Source: the human T2T-CHM13v2.0 reference genome, Homo sapiens
DNA: 64,000 bases
Assembly: GCF_009914755.1 (NCBI RefSeq)
Contig: NC_060947.1
Strand: one strand, 5' to 3'
The position numbers were made by a program, and so were the translations under genes. A model generated the notes under the pieces. That model saw only the letters and a list, made by a program, of their open reading frames with translations. It did no database searches and was not told where the DNA came from. Positions 26,173 through 38,188 of this stretch are shown here, piece by piece (position 1 is the stretch's first letter; every line of letters starts with the position of its first letter).

Positions 26173-27567
26173 GCACTATCTTTTCAGAAACAGTGGCATG
26201 ATGATAATAGTGGAAAGCTTATGTGAAACAATTTGTGCTTAGATGAATTCTGATAAGTATATGCCACACAGTGTGACACTGGATAAGAATTGAGATTCTC
26301 ATACAGCTCACCTGTAACACAAATAGCATAAAGAGATTCCTGCAGGTTCTAAAAGACTTTCTAGTTTCCCATTTTTTCATTCTTACACTAGTCATTTTGA
26401 ATCCTTCACATTTGCAATGAAGCCACAGACAATTAAACTTTGAGATAAAATATGACAGAAAATGGTACTAACCTTATAAACAGACTACTTAGCAAAACAA
26501 TCTCCCAAATAATAGTAATTATATGCTTTGCCATTTGCGTGGTGAGTATACTTACGTTGACTAAATAACTCTGTGTCAGTTATGATGCCAATTTTAGTTT
26601 TTAGATGTTGTAGCATTGTGCAAATTTTAGCTGAAAGGCAAAAATGATTATCTGAGCAATCTATTGCTCCATCTAGTATTTATAGTGCAATTAAAATGTT
26701 CACTGCTGCACTTATCAAAAGTAGCATAAATCTTATAAGACATTAATATATATGCTTTAAATAAATGTTACCGCTAATTATTCTAACATGACCTTTTCTA
26801 TAAAGGTATCCATTGGGACATAAAACATATGAAGGACAAATGATTCCAAGACATTTTAGGGACACTGCTTTTTTTTCTTTTTTTCTTTTTGTCAAAATTC
26901 TCTCTGACTCATAAGGATTTCCTTCCAGCAATGTTATAAAGCAATATGATAATCAACAAATGAAGGTTAAGTACTCTTCCCACTTTCTTATGCTTAAAAT
27001 AAAATTAGCCAGATGACCTTTTCACAGTTACATGAAATTACTATATTTTTATCTTTAGCCTAAAAGTATACAGCCAAAAGGAAAACAAATACTGTACTCT
27101 GTTTAATCAGATGTTGAACCAGTCCCCCAGTGCTATTTATTTTCCATCGTTTCTTTCAGCCTTTGTCATTTCTCATTAGTACAGTTGCAGAGAAATCTCG
27201 AGTGCTTTTTTGACCTCACATATGCTTTATTTTCCAATAAGGAAAGCCAATGGACCTTCTGTCTGGAACCTTTAACATATTGTCTGAAGCATTTCCTAAA
27301 ATAAATATGTCAACCAAGTAGCAAAATAAATTCCAGTAATGTACAGTATCTCATATCCTGCAAAGTCACCGTGCAGACAGTGCTGCCAATCCTTTGCAGG
27401 AAGTGGGGTTAGAGTGGAGGAGTGCTTGACTTTCAGGAAACATTCTATGCAAAAGCAATTGGATCAGGGTCACCTACAAGAAAGTATGGTGATCATTTTC
27501 TAATACTTATAACCAGGAGTTAGAACATGTGACAATGGATCAGGCCACTAAAAATGATCATATTACT

Positions 27568-30500
27568 TGATATGGTTTGGCTCTATGTCCCCACCAAAAT
27601 ATCATCTCTAATTTTGTAACAATCCCCACATGTTGTGGGAGGGACCTGGTGGGAGGTAACTGAATCATGGGGTCAGGTTTTTCCCATGCTGTTCTTGTGA
27701 TAGTGAATAAGTCCCATAAGATCTGATGGTTTTATAAAGGGGGTTCCTCTGCACATGCTCTCTTGCCTTCTGCCATGTAAGATGTGCCATTATCCTCCTT
27801 GATTTCTGCCATGATTGTAAGGCCTCCCAGCCATGTGGTACTGTGAATCCATTAAACCTGTTTCCTTTATAAATTTTCCAGTATTGAGTATGTCTTTTGT
27901 ATTAGTCTATTCTCACACTGCGAATAAAGACATATCCGAGACTGGGTAATTTATAAAGGAAGGAGGTTTAATAGACTCACAGTTCCACAGGGCTGGGGAG
28001 GCCTCAGAGTTATGGAAGAAGACAAAGGAAGAGCAAAGGGACATCATACATGGTGGCAGGCAAGACATTGTGTGCAGGGGAACTCCCCTTTATAAAACAA
28101 TCAGATCTTGTGAGACGTATTCACTATCATGAGAACAGCAGTGGAAAAACCTGCCTCCGTGATTAAGGTACCTCCTACTGGGTCCCTCCCACAACATGTG
28201 GGGATTATTGTAATAATCAGATGAGTCAAAGTCTCATCTGAGACAAAGCAAGTCCCTTCCACCTATGAGCGTGGAAAATCAAAAGCAAGTTAGTTACTTC
28301 CTAGATACCATAGGGGTACAGGCATTGGGTAAATACAGCCATTCCAAATGGGAAAAATTGGCCAAAACAAAGGGGCTACAGGCCCCATGAAAGTTTGAAA
28401 TCCAGTGGGGCAGTCAAATCTTAAATCTCCAAAATGATCTCCTTTGACTCCATGTCTCACATCCAGGTTGAATGGATGCAAGATGTGGGTTCCCATGGTC
28501 TTAGGCAGATCCACCCCTGTGGCTTTGCAGGGTACAGCCCCCCTCCTGGCTGCTTTCAAGGCTAGCATTGAGTGTCCGTAGCTTTTTGATGTGCACAGTG
28601 CAAGCTGTCGGTGTATCTGTCATTCTAGGGGCTGGAGGATGGTGACTCTCTTCTCACAGCTCCACTAGGCAGTGCCCTAGTGAGGGCTCTGTGTGGGGGC
28701 TTGCATCCCACATTTCCCTTCCACACTGCCCTAACAGAGGTTCTCTATGAGGGCACTGCCCCTGCAGCAAAATTCTGCCTGGAAGTCCAGGCATTTCCAT
28801 ACATCCTCTGAAATCTTGGCAGAGATTCTCAAACTTCAATTATTGACTTCTGTGCACCCACAGGCCCCAACACCACATGTAAGGTCCCAAAGCTTGGGGC
28901 TTGCACCCTCTGAAGCAACAGCCTGAGCTGTACATTGACCCCTTTTAGCCACAGCTGGAGCGGAAATAGCTGGGATAGAGGGCATCATGTTTGGAGGCTG
29001 CAAAGAGCAGGGGCCCCCTGGGCTCAGCCCAGGAAACCATTTTTTCCTCCTAGGCCTCCAGGCCATGATGGGAGGAGCTGCAATGAAGACCTCTGACATG
29101 CCCTGGACATATTCTTCTCATTGTCTTGGTGATTAGCATTTGGCTTCCTGTTACTTATGCAAATTCCTGCAGCCTGCTCTAGTTTCTACCTAGGTAATGG
29201 GTTTTGCTTTTCTAATGCATCATCAGGCTACAAATTTTTCACACTTTTATGCTCTGCCACCTCTTGAATGCTTTGCCACTCAGAAATTTATTCTGCCAGA
29301 TACCCCAAATCACCTCTCTCAGTTCAAATTTTCACAGATCTTTAGGGCAGGGGTAAAATGCCACCAGTCTCTTTGCATAGAAAGAGTGACCTTTACTCTA
29401 GTTCCCAATAATTTCTTTATCTGCATCTGAGAGCACCTTAGCCTGGATTTTATTGCTCCATATCACTATCAGCATTTTGATCAAAGCCATTCAACAAGTC
29501 TCTAGGAAGTTTCAAACTTTCCCACATCTTCCTGTCTTCCGAACCCTCCAAGTCTCTAGGAGTTCCAAACTTTCGCACATTTTCCTATACTCTTCTGAGT
29601 CCACCAAACTGTTCTAACCTCTGCCTGTTACCCAGTTCCAAAGTTGCTTCCACATTTTCAGGTATCTGTACAGCAGCACCCCACTCTACTGGTACCAATT
29701 TACTGTATTAGTCTCTCCTCGTGCTGCTAATAAAGACATACCTAAGACTGGGTAATTTATAAATGGAAGAGGTTTAATAGACTCACAGTTCCACATGGCC
29801 AAGGGACCTCACAATCATGGGGGAAGGTGAGTGAAGAGCAAAGTCACTTCTTACATGGCGGCAGGCAAGAGAGCATGTGTAGGGAAGCTCCCCTTTATAA
29901 AACCATCAGATCTCATGAGACTTATTCACTACCACAAGAACAGCACAAAAAAGACCCACCTCCATAATTCAATTACCTCCCACCGGGTTCCTCCCATGAC
30001 ATGTGGCAATTATTGGAGCTGTAATTCAGGAGGAGATTTGGGTGGGGACACAGCCAAACCATATCATCTTTATTAGCTGTGTGAGAACAGATTAATGTAG
30101 TAAATTGGTACCAGGTAGTGAGGTGCTGTTTTAAAGATATCTGAAAATATGGAAGCAACTTTGGAACTGGGTAATAGGCCAAGGTTGGAACAGTTTGGAG
30201 GGCTCAGAAGAAGACAGGAAAATGTGGGAAGGTTTGGAACTTCCTAGAGACTTGTTGAATGTCTTTGACCAAAATGCTGATAGTGACATGGACAATAAAG
30301 TCCAGGCTGTGGTGGTCTCAGATGGAGATGAGGAACTTGTTGGAAACTGGAGCGAACGTGACTTTTTATGCTTTAGTGAAGAGACTGGTGGCATTTTGCC
30401 CCTGCCCTAGAAACCTATGGAACTTTGAACTTGAGTGAGATGATTTAGGGTATCTGGAAGAAGAAATTCCTAAGCAGCAAAGCATTCAAGAGGAAGTAGA

Positions 30501-32004
30501 GCATAAAGTTTGGAAAATTTACAGCCTGATGATGCAATAGAAAAGAAAAACCCATTTTCTTGAGAGAAATTCAAGCCTGCTGCAGAAATTTGTGCAAGTA
30601 ATAAGGAACTGAATGTTAATCACCAAGACAATGGGGAAAATATTTTCAAAGAATGTCAGAGACATTCATTGCAGCCTCTTCCATCACAGGCCCAGAGGAC
30701 TATGAGGGAAAAATGGTTTCATGGGCCGGGCTCAGGGCCTCACTGATATATGCAGCCTCTGAACATGGTGCCCTGCATCCCAGCTTCTTCAGCTTTAGCT
30801 ATGGCTAACAGGGATTAACGTATACCTCAGGCTATTGCTTCAGTAGATGCAAGCCCCAAGCCTTGGCATCTTACATGTGGTGTTGGGCCTGTGGGTACAC
30901 AGAAGTCAAGAATTGAGGTTTGGGAACCTCCGCCTGGATTTCAGAGGATGTATGGAAATGCCTGGATCTCCAGGCAGAAGTTTTCCTGCAGGTGCAGTGC
31001 CTTCACGGAGAACCTCTACCAGGGCAGCGTGGAAAGAGGAGTATGGGGTGCAAGCCTCCACACAGAGTTTCCAATTGGGCACTGCCTACAGGAGTTGTGA
31101 GAAAAGGGCCACTATCCTCCAGACCCCAGAATGACAGATCCACTGATAACTTGCATCATGCACCTGGAAAAGCTGCAGACACTCAACGCTAGCCTTGAAA
31201 GCAGCCAGGAAGGCAGCTGTATCCTGCAAGTCAAAGGGGCAGATCTGCCCAAGCCTGTGGAAAGCCATCTCTTGCATTAGTGTGACCTGGATGTGAGAGA
31301 TGTAGTTAAAGGAAATCATTCTGGAACTTTAAGTTTTAATGACTGCCCTATTAGATTTTGCACTTGCGTGGGGCCTATAGCCCCTTCCTTTTGGCTAATT
31401 TCTCCCATTTGGAACAGCTGTATTTACCCAATGGCTGTACACCCATTGTATCTAAGAGGTAAGTAACTTGCCTTTGATTTTACAGGCTCATAGGCAGAAG
31501 GGTCTTGCCTTGTCTCAGATGAGACTTTGGACTGTGGACTTTTGGGGTTAATGCTGAAATGAGTTAAGACTTTGAGGGACTGTTGAGAAGGCATGATTAG
31601 TTTTGAAATGTGAGGACATGAGAGTTGGGAGTGGCCAGGGGTGGAATGGTGTGGTTTGGCTCTGTGTCCCCACCTAAATCTCACCTCTAATTGTAATAAT
31701 CTCCATATCTTGTGGGAGGGACCCAGTGAGAGGTAATTGAATCATGGAGGTGGATTTTTCCCATGCTGTTCTCGTTAAAGTGAATAAGTCTCACAAGATC
31801 TGATGGTTTTATAAAGGGGAGTTCCCCTGCACATGCTCTCCTGTCTGCTGCCATGTAAGATGTACCTTTCTCCTCCTTGCCTTCCACAATAATTGTGAGG
31901 CCTCCCAAGCCATGTGGAACTGTGAGTCAATTAAACCTCTTTCCTTTATAAATTACCCAGTTCTAGGTATGTGTTTAATAGCAGCATGAGAATAGACTAA
32001 TACA
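27568..32004 (+). mobile_element. THE1C-like MaLR provirus (outer): 5'LTR 27568-27897 + 30072-30099, internal 30100-31646, 3'LTR 31647-32004
   Basis: TGATATGGTTTGG...CTAATACA ends; internal starts GTAAATTGGTACC; PPT before the 3'LTR; perfect TSD TTACT at 27563-27567 and 32005-32009. Confidence 0.95.
27898..30066 (-). mobile_element. THE1C-like MaLR provirus (inner, inverted): 5'LTR 30066-29704, internal 29703-28226, truncated 3'LTR 28225-27898
   Basis: TGTATTAGT...CCATATCA ends; perfect TSD TCTTT at 27893-27897 and 30067-30071. Confidence 0.95.
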
Positions 32005-32837
32005 TTACTGGAGCAGAGGCAGGGTGTCAGAGTGTTGAGGATGTAATTTCAGCACAGGGTATGAACGTGTCTGTATAAATGCTATCAATTGTCATGTGTG
32101 TGTGTTCATTTTTAGAATGCTAGTAAATTATAGATATTGAAAATCTGGCTTTAGAAATGAGCTCTTGGTAGATCTAAATTTTACCACTTCTTGTATATGA
32201 TAATTTAAGCCACATTACTATGTTGAGAAAGACTTCACCAGATCACTGTTCTTTTACATAAATGTGTGTGTGTGTGGTGTCTTGAACAAAATGAACAAAA
32301 TACACAAGATACTCTGTCCATTTATTTTGTACCTAACAACCTTAGTAATTAAATGCAAGTCAACTGCTTTAAGTCAATTATTTAACCCTTTTGCCAATTC
32401 TATTAAAGGAATGCTGATTGAGCATATACTGTGTGCTTCAACTTCTCCTGAATTGTGTAGAGATCAGATACAATATGATCTACACATTTGAGAGTCTGCA
32501 ATTTAGTTAATATTGAATATATATGTCCATAAAAATACCATATGGGATATGACTTCTAAGTTCTTCCATATATGTTTGAAAATATGAAGATTTCACAGTG
32601 GAATGACATAGCCATTATGTTATCATACAATAGATAATTTTATAGGAAGGGTGATACCTGATGACAAAAAAAGTTGTTTGTCAATATTAATAGTTTTTAC
32701 AAGCTTGTGCAGATGGATATTAGCATGGCATTTAGGGGGAAACTAGGTCAAAGTGGGATCATTGGAAAGATAATTATTTAAGCAGTTGGGCCATGGAGAG
32801 TTCCTATTTGAAGTTTTAGTCAGTGAAGAGGCACTGC

Positions 32838-32854
32838 ATATATATATATATATA

Positions 32855-32905
<51 letters not shown>
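32838..32905. repeat. (AT)9(GT)5(AT)20 microsatellite at an Alu tail
   Basis: Read directly; followed by G and T15. Confidence 0.97.
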
Positions 32906-32906
<1 letters not shown>

Positions 32907-32908
<2 letters not shown>

Positions 32909-33177
32909 TTTTTTTTTTTTTAGATTGAGTCTCACTCTGTTGCCCAGGCTGGAGTGCAGTGGCACAATCTCAGCTCACTGCAACCAACCTCCACACCCTG
33001 GTTTCAAGCGATTCTCCTGCCTCAGCCTCCCCCTGCGTAGCTGAGATTACAGGTGTCCACCACCACGTCTGGCTAATTTTTGTATTTTTAGTAGATATGC
33101 GGTTTCACCATGTTGGCCAGGCTAGTTTTGAACCCCTGACCTCAAGTGATCTGCCCGCCTCGGCCTCTGCACCCGGC
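32907..33177 (-). mobile_element. AluSx/Sz-like with ~31-bp deletion in the left monomer
   Basis: Reverse Alu; CGGCCTC joins directly to TGCACCCGGC, lacking CCAAAGTGCTGGGATTACAGG. Confidence 0.92.
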
Positions 33178-33204
33178 AGGAGCCGCTGAAATGTTTGAAA
33201 GTCA

Positions 33205-33450
33205 GTAAGTACAGTTTAGTGTTTGCTTCTCAGCCATACAGTCTGGGTAAAAATCCTGACTCGTTCACTAGCTTTGTAACTGCAAATTGTTTAATTTTTC
33301 TGAACCTCAGATGTGTCTTTAGAATGAAAATATAATAGTTATTACTTCACCGGACTGTGTGAAAATCAATGGAAGTAACACATATTTATCTCTTACCATG
33401 CTGTCTGGGATGGATTAAATGCTCCATAATTGGTAGCTGTTGTTATTATT
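33205..33450 (+). mobile_element. MIR
   Basis: CTGGGTAAAAATCCTGACTC...TCTGAACCTCAG...GCTCCATAATTGGTAGCTGTTGTTATT. Confidence 0.75.
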
Positions 33451-34174
33451 AATAGCATGAGCCTAGCAGTTAGAAGAAGAATTTCAGAGCAGCGTAACTA
33501 AAGGATGCAAAGTTACTTTCAGGCTTAGTGTAGTGATCCAAACTGTATTAATGTACAATAAAATATAAATGTGAAATAGGTTAAGCCTATTGATTATCAA
33601 AACCTATTGCAAATGCTTTTTTGTAGGGAGAATAGAGCAAAGCTGTGCTTTCAGTACAACTCATAGGTTATTTTTGGATTTGAATAATTTTTGTATAATG
33701 TTCTGGATTACCGTAATGTAAATTGTGTACTGTTTTAGGGGATAAAAGTGCATATTGAATATCAGGTCATAAAAATGTTATTCAGATCTGTCTCATAAAA
33801 CTATGAAATCTTCAGAGCCAGGGATTTGTACAGCACCGAGGACAAAGCCACTGAGAGGAATGCAAAGATACATGTGGGCAGGGAACTGCCGTAGTGACAA
33901 TGTTCCCAGACCCCGACATGGTGTCTGACTTAAAGTAAGTACTCCATTAATGTTTCTTTGTGGTAGTGCCTTACTTTTATTTTCTAAAGGAATCCATGCG
34001 TATTGTTGAGATAACAAAGTGGTACCAACAGACATAACAACATATAGCAGTCCCTTGTCACAGCCCTCTTCAATCTAAGCCACATACCTCAGAGACTTTT
34101 GACTCTTTCTTCTGGTATGTACTTCTAGTTTTTGTAAAGAATAAGCATGTGCTGATATTTCTGGAATTATCAAT

Positions 34175-34333
34175 CATTATTTTTATTTTATTTTATTATT
34201 TTTTTATATTTTTAATTTTGGTGGGTACATGGTAGGTGTATATATTTACAGGATACATGAGATGTTCTGATACTACTGGCAAGAATGTGGACAAAAGGGA
34301 ACCTTTGTACACTGTTGATAGAAATATAAATTA
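34175..34333 (-). mobile_element. Mini L1 (L1MA1-3/L1PB-like 3' end) with inverted upstream piece
   Basis: Minus 3' end GGGTACATGGTAGGTGTATATATTTA to ~34273, then plus-strand ORF2-end piece TGGCAAGAATGTGGACAAAAGGGAACC. Confidence 0.7.
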
Positions 34334-35083
34334 TTTTTATTTTTATATAAATTGACAATTTGAAATTTTGTATATATGGGGTACAAAGCAATGTGATGAC
34401 TTATGAATACAATAGGAAATAAGCCAAGCTAATTAGCATATCCGACACATCACATCTTTTTTTTGTGATGAGAACATTTGAAATGTACTCTCTTAGCTTG
34501 AAATGCACAATACACTGTTATGAACTGTATTCACCACATTATGCAATAGATCCTAAAAACCTTAATTCCTTAAGTCTGAGGCTTTGCACCTTTTGACCAA
34601 TATCTCCCTATTCTCCCCACTCCCCAGCCTCTGTAACCAGCATTATATTCTCTGCTTCTACTGGTTTCATTGTTTTAGATTCTACATATAAATGAGATAA
34701 TGTAGTAATTGTCTCTCTGTGCCTGGCTTCTTTCATTTAGCATAATGTTCTTGAATTCCATCCATGTTGTCACAAATGACAGAATTTTCTTCACTTGTAA
34801 GGCTGAATAGTACTCTATTGTGTATATGTACCACATGTTCTTTATCCATTCTTTTGTTGAAAGACACTTAGGTTGATTTCAATTCTTCACCATTTGAGTA
34901 GTGCTGCAATGAATATTCCAGAATGTGCAGACATCTCTTAGACAAATTAATCTTTCTGGCAAATACCCAAACACAGGATTACTAGATCATATGAAAATTA
35001 TATTATTAAACTTTAAAAACCTCTTCGCTGTTTCTCTAGTGACTGTACTAATTTACATTCTTACCATCCGTTTACAAGGGTTC
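34334..35083 (-). mobile_element. L1MA-type 3' fragment
   Basis: TTTGTGATGAGAACATTTGAAATGTACTCTCTTAGC...TCCATCCATGTTGTCACAAATGACAGAATT. Confidence 0.85.
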
Positions 35084-35882
35084 AGTTATTGGCATAATCT
35101 GTACAATTCTTTATGTTACAACCTCCACTCCTCACCTTTATCTTCCCAAAATACTTATGTCAAAATTTTTGGTTAAAGTAGCAGTGAATTATTACATTTT
35201 TACCATGTAAATATTACTCACTGCTGAACTATGAAGTGTACAATTATTTTATTCCTTTTCATGTATCATTTTGTGTTGTCTGGTATGGAATATGCCTGAT
35301 TTTTTTTTACTAGCTTAATTTTCCATGTACCTTTACCTAATTTTCCAAAATCCCAAACATTACCGTAGCATTCTGCTCAAAATTGTATTCAAATTCATGA
35401 ATAGTTTGTCACTCTATCAGTTCTTCTTTTCTACTTTTTAGGAATTCTTCCTCACAACTCAAGCTCACCATCTCTTGGGCTTCAGTCTGTATTAGTTGCT
35501 CCCTAAACCTGCAACCAAACTGTTATTCTGACACTTCCCTTCACCACCACCTGGGACTTCTCTCATCTCACTCTTAGGTTGGATGGCCTCTTGCCTAGAT
35601 CTCATGTGTTCCTATTGCCTAGTTTATTATCTTGTTAGGGTTAAGCCATATGCTCAGTGGAAGTGGGGAAGGTGAATTTCTAGAGATTTTGCAGCTCTAA
35701 AAATCTCTTAATTTATAGGTTGACTGAGCATGAAATTCTACTTCAGAGTCTTTCTCCCCACTTCCAGGTTTCAGTAGTACAGTTGCAAGTTCTGATGATG
35801 TTCAGATTTCTGGTTCTTATTACATTTTTTGACCATCTATCCCATCCCTAGAAGGCTTTAAAAATATTTTTCATTATGGCTG

Positions 35883-36547
35883 TATGGTAGGCTGAATAAT
35901 GCTCTCTAAAAGTTGCCCACATCCTGATTCCTGAATCATGTAACTGTTATCATATTAAATATATGATAAAAGGGACTTGCAGAGGTGATTTAATTAAGGA
36001 TATTGAGATGGGGAGATTATTCTAGATTATCTAGGAGGGTCCAATATAATCACAAGGATCCTTATAAGAGGTAATTAGAGGGATTTTTAATTTAGCTTAA
36101 TTTCTTTTTTATTTTTCATTTTTATAGAGATAGGGTCTTACTATTTTGTCCAGGCTTATCTTGATGATTTTGAACTCCTGGCCTCAAGTGACTCTCCCAC
36201 CTTGGCCTCCCAAAGTGCTGGGATTCCAGTTTTGAGCTGCCACACCCAGTCAAAGAGATGTGCCTAGAGAAATAGGAGATGTGATTACAGAAGCAAGAAG
36301 TTGGAGTTAAGGAAGAAAAGGGTCATGAGGGAAGGAATGTAAACAGCATCCAGAAGCTAGAAAAGCTACGGAAACAAATTTTCTCTGAGAGACTCCAGAA
36401 GGTAAAAGTCCTGCCAATATCTTGAACTTAGCCCAGTGTAACCGATTTCAATTGCTTCCCAGCAGAGATATGAGAGAATAATTTTTTTTTGTTTTAAGCC
36501 ATCAGGTTTGTGACACTTTGTTACAATTAAAGTAGGAAACTAATAGA
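35883..36547 (+). mobile_element. MLT1D-like solo LTR, split by FLAM
   Basis: TGGTAGGCTGAATAAT...TTGAGATGGGGAGATTAT...TTTTAAGCCA...GGAAACTAATA. Confidence 0.85.
36084..36251 (-). mobile_element. Alu left monomer (FLAM_C/AluJ-like)
   Basis: TGAACTCCTGGCCTCAAGTGA...CCTTGGCCTCCCAAAGTGCTGGGATT with a T-rich tail at left. Confidence 0.85.
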
Positions 36548-37999
36548 AGTGGTGATCTAAAATTCCTCAATGTGCCTATCTATAAGCCTTTTGGATTTAT
36601 TACATTGGCCACTTTCAATCTGAAAAGGCAAGCCCTTCAGTTCTAGGAAATACTCTCAATTATATATGTTTGACAGTTTCCACTCCTCCGTTTTCTTTCA
36701 CCTCTCTAGACTTATTAGGAAGATATTGTGGCTCACAAATTGATCCTTTAATTTTTTAATCTTTTCTCTCCTGTTACCCAGGCTTATATTTTTACCCTAC
36801 TTTTTGGCAAAAAATTTGAACTTTATTGTCTTATATTTCGAAGAAATTTTCAATTTATATATATAATATATATTAAATAAAAAATAAATAGTATAATAAT
36901 AAATTAAATAATATATATTAAATACACACATTGACATACATGCAAATACACACAAGCACACACATTCCTAAGAGTTATTTCTTGTTCTCTGATCACTTTT
37001 TATATCATCCTGTTCTAGTTTCATGAATGATTTATACAATATCTTCTACTCTTTCTTCGAGAATAGCATTAATAGGTTGCTTTTTTACCTTTGAAATGTT
37101 CTGTTTTGAAGTCCTTTTCTTTGTCTCTTTCATGTGAGATAATTTCATTTCATTTTATACTTAAAATAATTATTAAAACATGAATTGGGAGTTCTGTGGG
37201 CATGGGCAAGCTTTGTCGAATGGTGTTTTTCATTCTAGGATGATCGTGTGTGAACTTTGCTCTTTATTTAAAGGGTACCCCCAAGTCAGTATGTATAGTA
37301 ATCCTGTCCAAGGGAAGGGTGTGTGAGTTGAAGAGTAGAACAGGATATGTGAGGAGCTTAACTCTGCTGTACACAAAATTTCATACAATTCTCCTACTTT
37401 CAGCCCTGTTCCTTATACCACCTTCTGCTATAGGTGTTGCCATGAAATCTGAGCTTCTCGGGGTTCTGCAGTCAAATTGACTGACTTCTTGCTGCTGCTC
37501 TTTCTTGTCTGCAGATATTTCAATTTCAGCTCCCTGGTCTTTACTAAATCACTAACCACTTTGCTACCAATCTTTAAAATGCAGTGCCATCTTTATCTGT
37601 TGTCTCCTTTACCATGTTCTTTGTCTTTGTGGATTTGTACCATTTCCATTTGTGTGTACCATAACTTTAGTGAGATTTCAAGGAGCAGAAACAAACACAA
37701 GAGCTCAGTCTGCTATGACTAAATGAATGTTGTACAATGAATATTTGATGAGTAAATGAATAGCATACCAATAAATGGTGACATGATTAAATATTATGAA
37801 GCTATACAGCTGATAATTGACTATGGTTCATAATGTCCTTCATGCATATTAAGTTTTTATTTCTTAAACAGTAGAAGACAGTTAATGGTATCAAGGAAAC
37901 ATTACATGTCATTATGTAATTGCAAATTGTTCCTTCAGAGAAAATTTCAGTCCCACACATTTGCTGGTGAAGCAAAGTTAATAAAATATATTTATTACT

Positions 38000-38188
38000 C
38001 TTACTTTTTATTCAAATAGAAACCTTAGAAGGTAGATATTAGTAACCCCATTTTAGAGACAAGTAAACAGAATCCAAGAGTTAGAGCAATCTGTTAAATG
38101 TTACATGTGAAGGCAGGGGCAGGCCTAGACATTGAAACCAAGTATTCTTTCTGACTCTTGGCTAATTATTTTTTCCTCTCATTACACC
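38000..38188 (-). mobile_element. MIR
   Basis: AGGTAGATATTAGTAACCCCATTTTAGAGACAAGTAAAC...CTGACTC. Confidence 0.7.

Larger units (their letters stand above)
34040..37725 (-). mobile_element. HAL1 (half-L1) relic, interrupted by L1MA pieces, MLT1D and FLAM
   Basis: Recalled HAL1 motifs TTTTGGTTAAA...CATGTAAATATTACTCACTGCTGAAC and TCTGAGCTTCTCGGGGTTCTGCAG; pieces ~34040-34174, 35083-35880, 36549-37725. Confidence 0.6.

Noticed and set aside
30195-31319. MaLR internal ORFs (EGSEEDRKMWE.LELPRD; also 50342-50680)
   Set aside because: Fragments of the known decayed THE1/MST ORF, broken by stops and frameshifts.
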